Shown here: positions 49,173 to 56,783 of the stretch, one piece after another
Layout: each line of letters begins with the position of its first letter
How positions within the stretch are numbered: position 1 is the first letter of the stretch
Source of the DNA: Alphaproteobacteria bacterium
GTDB taxonomy: Bacteria > Pseudomonadota > Alphaproteobacteria > Rs-D84
Reading direction: 5' to 3'
Assembly: GCA_033345275.1 (NCBI GenBank)
Contig: JAWPOF010000007.1
Coordinates: 100,636-164,635, forward strand
DNA length: 64,000 bases
Made by a program: the position numbers and the translations under genes
Notes under the pieces: generated by a model
Seen by the model: the letters and a program-made list of their open reading frames with translations, nothing else
The model's database searches: none
What the model was told of the DNA's origin: nothing

Positions 49173-49460
49173 GAAAGCACCTTTAGTTCATTTGATTATT
49201 ATAAAAAAACTTTATTTGGGCAATATATTTGTATACAATCCATACACAACAGATATCTAATACCGTCATTTATTACGATTCCGCCACAAAAATAAAACGC
49301 CCCATTGTTGGGCGTTTTATTTTTGTGCCGAAATCGGGGTTTGAACCCGGTAAAGCCACGATAGTGGCGTGGGTTCGACAATGAGTAGGTTTTGCAAACA
49401 TAGTGTAGCAAAACCGTCATGAATGCCCCACAGCCCCGCCATCCGCGGGGCGAGGGAATA

Positions 49461-49474
49461 CTTCATCTCCGCCA
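49461..49474 (+). repeat. exact direct repeat of the tRNA-Ser 3' end (cttcatctccgcca), candidate attR, followed by ~150 bp homologous to 22615-22760
   Basis: 14/14 match to 22391-22404; the downstream block gaaataat.aaaccc..acaa.atctgtcg...ccactttttc.ccgcgaagttacc.gtatgtacaa.gaagttatcaaataatcgaata.ccccaccacttacatacaa is shared. Confidence 0.7.
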
Positions 49475-49671
49475 GAAATAATTAAACCCTCGACAATATC
49501 TGTCGATGGTTTATTTTTAGCCGGAAATCCGCCACTTTTTCACCGCGAAGTTACCGGTATGTACAATGAAGTTATCAAATAATCGAATATCCCCACCACT
49601 TACATACAATGGTTAAAATAGAGATGTCAAAAAAAGAAAAAGCCGCATATAATCCGGCATTAGATTCTAGG

Positions 49672-50046
49672 TTATAACTGATTTTCTTTTGCAAGTTTAT
49701 ATATATCGTTTATATTAATCTGTTGTTTGCCCGACAGGATCTTATTTACAATTTCTGGGTTCATGTACGCCACCTCTAAACATCGGTACACATGGCGCAG
49801 GGCGACATGTTCGGCGCGGCCAATTGAATCTACATCACCACCCTGTTCATACATCTCGCGATACCGCCACGCGGCGACGAACGCCTTCAATATCAGGTGG
49901 TTGTTTTCTGTAATGCTAAGCGTGCCGTTACGTCCACCACCAAATCTGGTGTTGGCATATCGGCGCAGCACAACTGGTCGCATTGAATATAGTACCACAA
50001 CGAACGGTTTTGTCGTTTGAACGGGTGGGGCGAATATTTTGCCCAT
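49672..50046 (-). pseudogene. serine recombinase remnant (C-terminal ~100 aa only)
   Basis: Homologous to the C-terminus of 23912-25501 (VVLRRYANTRF.GGRNGTLSITENNHLILKAF...). The catalytic N-terminus is removed by a deletion joined at the aaccggtcg microhomology. Confidence 0.7.
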
Positions 50047-50117
50047 AACTTTGCCCGTTCTGAATACTGCAATGTCTTTAATACGTCCATGGTTTTGGGT
50101 AATTCCCTTTTTCTCAT
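49893..50117 (-). pseudogene. DUF2924-like remnant (first ~50 aa homologous, then the deletion junction)
   Basis: MRKRELPKTMDVLK.L.YSERAKLWAKYSP.PFKRQNRSLWYYIQ shared with 25491-25928, then divergent. Confidence 0.55.
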
Positions 50118-50311
50118 TTTTGTGCCTCTATTTCAACGTTAAACCAGGTCTGCACAGCCGGCACTAAGCCCATCTGTGCGATGTCGTTTATAAACTCTTC
50201 GGCCTCGGCCTGAATTTCGTATTTCCGGAACGCATCAAGACACTGTAAAACCAAGCGTGTGTTGTCAGTCGGTTGAGTGATTTTAATAGTAATTTCAGGA
50301 TGTTTTGGCAT
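50114..50311 (-). CDS. small conserved protein, second copy
   Basis: Paralogue of 25925-26128. Confidence 0.35.
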   Translation of the reverse strand: MPKHPEITIKITQPTDNTRLVLQCLDAFRKYEIQAEAEEFINDIAQMGLVPAVQTWFNVEIEAQK

Positions 50312-50409
50312 GTTTAACTCCTTTGCTTAACATCACGCAATTACTGCTTACAAAGTGGTATAAATCAAGTTATTTCATTGAAATATTTGTTGTTTAATTT
50401 TATGTTGTT

Positions 50410-50799
50410 ATGAAAGTAACTGCTGCGATTTTTAAGCGTGGCGACAAAGTCTTGTTGATGCGACGGGCGGCCGACCAGCCGTTGGCGGGCGAATGGGAAT
50501 ATCCCGGTGGTAAGTTTGAAGACGGCGAGGACGGCCCAACATGCCTGCATCGGGAACTGTTTGAAGAACTTGGTATTGATGCGCAAATTGGCAACCTGAT
50601 TACAATTGCAAAACACACAACGGATTCAGGCAAGGTTATCGAACTGCACGCATATGAAATCGCATCCTATACCGGCGAAATTCAACTGCGCGTCCATGAT
50701 GATATGCACTGGGTGCTAGTCCCAGACCTGTCAGCACACCCTCAATTACCAGCAGACCTAATTGTGTCACAGACATTATATTCCGTTGGAACATATTGA
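50410..50799 (+). CDS. NUDIX hydrolase, MutT-like (second copy)
   Basis: About 85% identical to 26246-26632; Nudix box present. Confidence 0.7.
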   Translation: MKVTAAIFKRGDKVLLMRRAADQPLAGEWEYPGGKFEDGEDGPTCLHRELFEELGIDAQIGNLITIAKHTTDSGKVIELHAYEIASYTGEIQLRVHDDMHWVLVPDLSAHPQLPADLIVSQTLYSVGTY

Positions 50800-50843
50800 T
50801 ATTTCTGAAAAAGCGGTTTAAAATATCGCAAAGGGGGCATCTT

Positions 50844-51404
50844 ATGAAAGAGATTGAAATCTTGGTTCAGGTTTTCGCGGACGAAGCGGACGTTCTGCGT
50901 AAGTTGTCTAAATTTGAATTCCTGGGCAATAAACGAACGGTTGATACATACTATTATGACCCGTTGCGTCCCGAATTACAGCTGGACAGCAACGGTCGCC
51001 TGTATGCATGCTGTCGCACACGTCAAAAAGACGGGGTGAATTATATCACATATAAGAATGATCATTTTGATGGTGATACATGGCTTTATTCTGACGAAGC
51101 GGAAACAACCGTAGCAGACATGTCCACAATGTGCGAAATTATGCATGCGCTGGGACTGCGTGAATTGATAAAAATTGATAATCTGAAACGAACATATCGT
51201 GCCGGCGATTACACAATTGAATTTGAAACTGTGGCAGATCTGGGGCTGTTTTTAGAAGTGGAATATTGCACCCCTGATGACATAGATGTGACACGCATAA
51301 AATCACAGATTCAATCCTTTATTGATAATTTGGGATTTGCTGTGTCGCCTGAATTGAATGCCGGTAAACCAGAACTGATGTTGCGCAAGAAACAACAGGG
51401 GTGA
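50844..51404 (+). CDS. CYTH-domain protein (class IV adenylyl cyclase / triphosphate tunnel metalloenzyme)
   Basis: N-terminal EIEIL, C-terminal LFLEVEY acidic beta-strands. Confidence 0.5.
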   Translation: MKEIEILVQVFADEADVLRKLSKFEFLGNKRTVDTYYYDPLRPELQLDSNGRLYACCRTRQKDGVNYITYKNDHFDGDTWLYSDEAETTVADMSTMCEIMHALGLRELIKIDNLKRTYRAGDYTIEFETVADLGLFLEVEYCTPDDIDVTRIKSQIQSFIDNLGFAVSPELNAGKPELMLRKKQQG

Positions 51405-51407
51405 ACA

Positions 51408-51917
51408 ATGCTGATTCTTAATATCAATGGACCGATAAATTCTGGCAAATCAACAGTATCTAAACTGTTGGTGCAAATGTTGCCGCGCGCAGTTTTTATA
51501 GAAGTTGATGACCTGTTATCAGATGATGAAGAGAAAAAATTAGGTTTGACCATGCAGGCCGGCTGGGGCGAACGCCTGAACCGATTGGATAGAATTATCG
51601 TCGACCAAAAAAATCAACGCCAATACGAAACAATTATTTTTGCGTATCCAATGACAGAAAATTTGTATCGGCGCTGGTCGGCACATATTGATAAGAACAC
51701 AGGTTTTATTGCAATTACACTGGCGCCCAGTTTGGAAAAGTGTTTGACCAATCGTGGAACACGTACATTGACCAACTGGGAAATTGGGCGCATACGTGAA
51801 ATGTATAATGAAAATTATCACAGGCCGATAAATTCAGATTTGATAATAAACAATGACGGACAGACACCGCACCAGACTGCCCAACAAATTGCAGATTATA
51901 TTACAAAACAAAGATAG
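51408..51917 (+). CDS. P-loop kinase-like protein (AAA_33 / nucleotide kinase fold)
   Basis: NGPINSGKST Walker A, 169 aa. Confidence 0.5.
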   Translation: MLILNINGPINSGKSTVSKLLVQMLPRAVFIEVDDLLSDDEEKKLGLTMQAGWGERLNRLDRIIVDQKNQRQYETIIFAYPMTENLYRRWSAHIDKNTGFIAITLAPSLEKCLTNRGTRTLTNWEIGRIREMYNENYHRPINSDLIINNDGQTPHQTAQQIADYITKQR

Positions 51918-51929
51918 GAGGAAACCAAA

Positions 51930-52403
51930 ATGTCAGAACGTGCAATGTTTAAGGGTGTAATAAACCTGATTATAAAAAAAGACGACAAAGTCTTGTTATT
52001 CTTTCGCAATGATGGATTTTTTAACTATGATGGTGGTTGGTGGGTTCTGCCGGCAGGACACATAGAGCATGGAGAAACCGCACGTGCCGCCGCCATACGA
52101 GAGGCCAAAGAAGAACTGGATATCGACATTGCGCCCGACGACATCAAATGCGTACACGTCACCAGCAATCTGGCCAGTCGCACAGAATCTTTTGATTTCT
52201 TTTTCGAGGTGTCAAAATACACCGGCACAATTCGCAACTGCGAAGGGGACAAGTGTGCCGATATGCAATATTTCACATTGGACGAAGTCACCAAATTGAA
52301 GAACGTTGTTTCAACAACCCGTATTTCATTGGCGGGATTGGCGCGTGGCGAAATATATTCCGAATGTAAATCGTATCGCAGTGAATCAAAGGATACAAAA
52401 TGA
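51930..52403 (+). CDS. NUDIX hydrolase
   Basis: GHIEHGETARAAAIREAKEELDI Nudix box. Confidence 0.65.
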   Translation: MSERAMFKGVINLIIKKDDKVLLFFRNDGFFNYDGGWWVLPAGHIEHGETARAAAIREAKEELDIDIAPDDIKCVHVTSNLASRTESFDFFFEVSKYTGTIRNCEGDKCADMQYFTLDEVTKLKNVVSTTRISLAGLARGEIYSECKSYRSESKDTK

Positions 52404-53170
52404 ATAAAATAATCAAATCATTTCAAGAAAATACACATTGTTCTGATTTGTTGCATGAAATATACGGTATTTCATCTGCCGAACATTTTGATTGCGTATT
52501 TATTGCACCATCTTGGCCAATTGATAAAGTCTTTGATAGTGCCACAACAGATATTACTGAAATATATTCAGACAGATTCTCAAAATCGCATCGTATAAAG
52601 CATAATGGCAAATCATACTTATATATTCAATTACGGGTTGGTGCGCCAAATATAGTTGACTTTTGTTTGTCCTGTCATTCGGCCAACTGTGCAAAATTTG
52701 TATTTGTCGGCTCGGTGGGTTCACTGGTTCCGGAACTAGAAATCGGGGATGTTATTATTCCGACATGTTCTATATCTGGCAATGGCGCAACATTGTACCT
52801 GGATGATAAATTAAGCCCAGAAAAGATGTTTGAACGCACATATTCATCACCAGAATTAAATTCAGAATTATTGAAAGTTTGCACAGGTGTTGCACTGACG
52901 ACCAAAAACGCAATGCCGATATCGGTTGATAGTGTAGCATGCGAATATGCACACTTGGACGAGTTTCGACAAATGGGCGCAACCCTGATAGAAATGGAAA
53001 CGGCAACCTTTTTCAAGGCCATGCAGACTATAGGCAAACCTGCATCGGCACTGTTGGTCGTGGCTGATAATTCAGCCGTTGGCCAACATCTGGTCGGCCA
53101 AGGCGCAGACTTGCGTGCAAAATACCATGCGGTTCGTTCACGAATAAAGGATGTTTTATTAAATCTGTAA
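52400..53170 (+). CDS. nucleoside phosphorylase-family protein (PNP_UDP_1; MTA/AMP-nucleosidase-like)
   Basis: FVGSVGSL...GDVIIP and ATLIEMETATF motifs. Confidence 0.5.
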   Translation: MNKIIKSFQENTHCSDLLHEIYGISSAEHFDCVFIAPSWPIDKVFDSATTDITEIYSDRFSKSHRIKHNGKSYLYIQLRVGAPNIVDFCLSCHSANCAKFVFVGSVGSLVPELEIGDVIIPTCSISGNGATLYLDDKLSPEKMFERTYSSPELNSELLKVCTGVALTTKNAMPISVDSVACEYAHLDEFRQMGATLIEMETATFFKAMQTIGKPASALLVVADNSAVGQHLVGQGADLRAKYHAVRSRIKDVLLNL

Positions 53171-53179
53171 GGAACAGTC

Positions 53180-53680
53180 ATGAAAATTTTTGTAACAAAA
53201 GAATACTTTGATAAGTCCCAACGGAAAGTTCGAGAGTTGCAAGAACGACTGGCCCAGATACGCAGCGACAAAACAGCCGCATACACAGAAGACACAAACA
53301 CATGGCACGATAATTTTGCATATGAACATTTGACACGGGAAGAAAAGCAGACAGAAAAATTGGTCGCTGATTTATTGGCAGACCTGGACAATATGCTTGT
53401 CGTACCAAGGAATAAGCCGGCAACCTCAGAAACAGTCGGTTTGTATTGCTGGGTATGCGTGACCCAAGAAAACGAAACCACTGGCGCAGAAACAGAATGC
53501 AGGCTGGGGATTGTGCCATTGGGGGCAGAAGAGATACCACAACAAAAGTACGCATATAATATGCCATTGGTTCAACCCTTGGTCGGATTATCTGTTGGGG
53601 ACGAAATAACGGTGCGTGTTCCATCAGGCGAAATACATATGACAATTCAAACAATTGAACCCCTACAACCCCAGGAATAA
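53180..53680 (+). CDS. GreA/GreB-like protein (N-terminal coiled coil + C-terminal FKBP-like domain)
   Basis: Architecture plus LVGLSVGDEITVRVPSGE resembling the GreA C-terminal domain. Confidence 0.35.
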   Translation: MKIFVTKEYFDKSQRKVRELQERLAQIRSDKTAAYTEDTNTWHDNFAYEHLTREEKQTEKLVADLLADLDNMLVVPRNKPATSETVGLYCWVCVTQENETTGAETECRLGIVPLGAEEIPQQKYAYNMPLVQPLVGLSVGDEITVRVPSGEIHMTIQTIEPLQPQE

Positions 53681-53682
53681 AG

Positions 53683-54465
53683 ATGATAAAAGATATCAGT
53701 TATTCAGCATATATTTTGCCGGTGCGTGATGGACAGGTTGCGCTATTAAAATACGGCGAAAATGGATACGGACCAATTGGCGGGCGACTGGATGATGGCG
53801 AAGATTTTTTGACTGCGCTGCGGCGTGAACTGACCGAAGAACTGGGCGAATCTACATCTGCGCTGGCAGATAGTGCAATTGAAATTCCGGTGCCATATGC
53901 GTTTCGTCACCCAACCCCCGAACGGGCTCAAAAACGTGGCGCATTGGGCGAAGAACATCACTTTTTTATCGTTCACGTCCTAGATGATATGGAATTGAAT
54001 TTTTGTGAAAATCGCCCCGAGGAAATATCGGTTGCATGGGTTGCCCCCGACGACTTATTAAACCCAAAAATCACACCATTTGATGATATGCGTGAATTTT
54101 ATGCAACGCATCTCTTGCCAAACTTGGACTGTAAATTTTCAATGAGTTTGCGCCCTGGATATTATGAAATGGTGCGTTCTGGTGAAAAGGATATCGAACT
54201 GCGTCTGTATGATGAAAAACGTCGCAGAATGCACAACGGTGACACTATTCTGATATATGATGCGCAAAACCACAATGATTATATTCGTGCAAAGATCGTT
54301 CGCCTGCATATTGCGCACAGTTTTGCAGACCTGGCGACAAAAATCAGCATGCCCCGAACCGGTTTCGCATCGCTAAATGCACTAATGTCCGCAATATCAA
54401 AATTCTATGATGCCGAAATGGAATCCAAATACGGCATTGTGGGGATAGAGTTAGAGGTTATATAA
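53683..54465 (+). CDS. NUDIX hydrolase fused to a C-terminal ASCH/PUA-like domain
   Basis: GGRLDDGEDFLTALRRELTEELG Nudix box; C-terminal ~110 aa beta-barrel-like region. Confidence 0.5.
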   Translation: MIKDISYSAYILPVRDGQVALLKYGENGYGPIGGRLDDGEDFLTALRRELTEELGESTSALADSAIEIPVPYAFRHPTPERAQKRGALGEEHHFFIVHVLDDMELNFCENRPEEISVAWVAPDDLLNPKITPFDDMREFYATHLLPNLDCKFSMSLRPGYYEMVRSGEKDIELRLYDEKRRRMHNGDTILIYDAQNHNDYIRAKIVRLHIAHSFADLATKISMPRTGFASLNALMSAISKFYDAEMESKYGIVGIELEVI

Positions 54466-54796
54466 CCACAAACTCGTTTAATTCCAGCAGATCTGTTTCC
54501 TGAAAATCGGGAAAGTATTTGTTAAAAAAATCAATGTGGACCGTACGCCAGTATGCCAGGGACAGGTCGCCTTCGCCCTCTATTTTTGCCCATGCGTCAT
54601 CAATGTCACAAAACCGACACTTTCGAACGGCTGTAATTTGAATTCGTATTGTTTCGCCACGACTGTTATAGATTTCCTGAACGTCACCAATTTTTGCCAT
54701 TGGTTCTTCGTCAGAATTCCGGCCACAGGTTCCACGTTTTCGACCTATGCGCACTAGTTCAAACAATTCATCATTATCAAAAGTCCAACGGTTCAT
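54458..54796 (-). CDS. ASCH-domain protein
   Basis: 112 aa; ASCH-like fold assignment from memory. Confidence 0.4.
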   Translation of the reverse strand: MNRWTFDNDELFELVRIGRKRGTCGRNSDEEPMAKIGDVQEIYNSRGETIRIQITAVRKCRFCDIDDAWAKIEGEGDLSLAYWRTVHIDFFNKYFPDFQETDLLELNEFVVI

Positions 54797-55526
54797 TATT
54801 TTTACTCAGCGTTATATCCTTGTCAACCAACCAAATCTTGCCATCGTTTTCGATACAAAATTCAACATTATCATTAGAACATCTGATAAAGCTGACATCT
54901 GTTAGGCCATCTTCTCTTAAATTATCCTGTAATAGATAGAATTTACCGTAATCTTTGGCAACCTGTAGCAAATCTGATTTTTTATACACTTCATCACCAG
55001 AAACAAGTTCTTCCGGATAATTCTTGTCTGATGTGTTATTATGTGGATAAATTGAAATGCCATCCAGATTTAGACCTGGCTCAATATGAAAATTTGGAAA
55101 CTCATCACTACAAGGCGTGATAATGATATATTTAGACATCAGCATAGCGCCCGCACTAAAACCCAACATTACCCCATTGAACTTTTTCAATTCGTCCATA
55201 ATCCCAAGCCCATCACAAAGCTCTCTTTGCTTAAAGGGATCGCCCCCCATCAGCATGACAAAGCTCGCACTTTTTATCATATCCTTTGCTTCTGCGGGGG
55301 ACAGTTCGGGCGTGATGATATTTACAGATTCAAATTCTATTCCCACGTTTTTGAAATGCTTTGTGAAATTAGGAATATGTTTTGCACGTGCTTTTTCTAT
55401 TTTTTCCGCACCAGCAGGAATATAGACTATGCTCTTTGTGTCTTCTAGTTCGGCTTTGAACATCTTGCCAAGTCTGTGTCCAAAAATATTATCAAGGTCG
55501 AAACCGCTGCAATAATATCTTGTCAT
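54777..55526 (-). CDS. peptidase S51 family (dipeptidase E / cyanophycinase-like)
   Basis: MLMGGDP...GFSAGAM nucleophile-serine motif. Confidence 0.5.
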   Translation of the reverse strand: MTRYYCSGFDLDNIFGHRLGKMFKAELEDTKSIVYIPAGAEKIEKARAKHIPNFTKHFKNVGIEFESVNIITPELSPAEAKDMIKSASFVMLMGGDPFKQRELCDGLGIMDELKKFNGVMLGFSAGAMLMSKYIIITPCSDEFPNFHIEPGLNLDGISIYPHNNTSDKNYPEELVSGDEVYKKSDLLQVAKDYGKFYLLQDNLREDGLTDVSFIRCSNDNVEFCIENDGKIWLVDKDITLSKNNEPLDF

Positions 55527-55541
55527 TTTTAAGTGTTCCTT

Positions 55542-55994
55542 CTATTTGAATCTTTCTATTATCCAATTTTTAATAACAACGGGATATAATTTTGTGCCTG
55601 GCAAATCAGAAATTTTCACTTTTTCAAAGCCAATCAAATCCTCTTTGCTGCTTATGTCATCTGCATTGATGTCCACACGTTTAACAACTTCAATCCCGTA
55701 CAGGAAATTTCCATTGGAATCATAGCCCTGATTTTCAATAGCCAATAAGATGCCATCATGAATAGTGATGTCAGATTCTGCAACGCCCATTTCTTCATTC
55801 AGTTCACGTGTAATGCACTGATTCAATGTTTCGCCAATTTCCAATCCGCCACCAGGCAAGAAATAATAACCGCCAGCCAAGTGCTTGCATAAAACGATGC
55901 TGTCGCCTTGCACAATTAAACATCTGCTTGTTGTTTGTGTTCTCATGACTACATTCCCCCTTGATTTTATCTTATAATCGTGTGCTTGAACCAC
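55542..55994 (-). CDS. NUDIX hydrolase
   Basis: PGGGLEIGETLNQCITRELNEEMGV Nudix box. Confidence 0.65.
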   Translation of the reverse strand: MVQAHDYKIKSRGNVVMRTQTTSRCLIVQGDSIVLCKHLAGGYYFLPGGGLEIGETLNQCITRELNEEMGVAESDITIHDGILLAIENQGYDSNGNFLYGIEVVKRVDINADDISSKEDLIGFEKVKISDLPGTKLYPVVIKNWIIERFK

Positions 55995-56323
55995 TGTTCT
56001 TGGAAAGCGGTTTTTTGTTCAATATATTCGTTTGTTGGATTTTGTCCGTCTGGCACAACAATCAGTTTGTCATCGTTGTCATTTGTACGATGGATAATCG
56101 CAATGCATTTGCCGGTAAAGGTTGCCAACGGCGTATCGATACCCAATACGTATGCGTCTAATTCTTCGCCATCACCCGATATGGTGTTTGGTATAAATCC
56201 ATAATTCACTTCGTATGTAAAACCGTGTTTTGGATGTTTGCTGCCCAGCGGTCTGTCCATTTGTACATTGACGATTTTACCCAGAAAATCACGTGTATTT
56301 ACGATGTTGGAATTTGTGGACAT
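55967..56323 (-). CDS. small inorganic-pyrophosphatase-like protein
   Basis: GDGEELDAYVLG resembles the PPase DGDPLDVLVL motif; 118 aa. Confidence 0.45.
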   Translation of the reverse strand: MSTNSNIVNTRDFLGKIVNVQMDRPLGSKHPKHGFTYEVNYGFIPNTISGDGEELDAYVLGIDTPLATFTGKCIAIIHRTNDNDDKLIVVPDGQNPTNEYIEQKTAFQEQWFKHTIIR

Positions 56324-56446
56324 TTTATATCCTTATGGCTGGTATTATAGAATCAGTATATATTACAATATTTATGTTGTCAAAGTTTATGTATGCTGAT
56401 TTTTTCACAGCATACAATCCTTTTTGACATCTGGTGAATTCGGTTT

Positions 56447-56640
56447 ATGCTGATTCCTGAAATGGCGGAAAGGTTTTATCTTTGCATTGATTTAAAGAGT
56501 TTCTTTGCCTCGGTCGAAGCGGTTGAGCGTGGGCTGGACCCGTTTACAACAAACCTGGTCGTGGCGGACTCTTCACGGGGGCGGGCATTGCACGACGACT
56601 GGAAAAATACGGTGTCTATGCCCTGTATGGTCTGACTGGT
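56447..56640 (+). pseudogene. Y-family polymerase remnant (N-terminal 40 aa + internal deletion)
   Basis: MAERFYLCIDLKSFFASVEAVERGLDPFTTNLVVAD identical in register to 27522; then jumps to sequence matching 28108-28170 and diverges. Confidence 0.6.
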
Positions 56641-56783
56641 CCGTCCGCCAGAATGCCAGATGGAACATATATCTACAACTATTTTACAACTGGTTCTGGT
56701 TATTATCCAACGTCTAAGATGTATTATAACTGTACGGGGTTATCGGATTATAACAGTATACCATCAAGTGCCAAGTAAATATT

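Noticed and set aside
49255-49440. A tRNA gene in 49300-49400 (the ggggtttgaacccgg / gggttcgac stretches look like T-arm fragments)
   Set aside because: No complete cloverleaf can be drawn: there is no acceptor stem plus CCA and no anticodon arm in register. I treat it as a tRNA-derived fragment or att-associated repeat.
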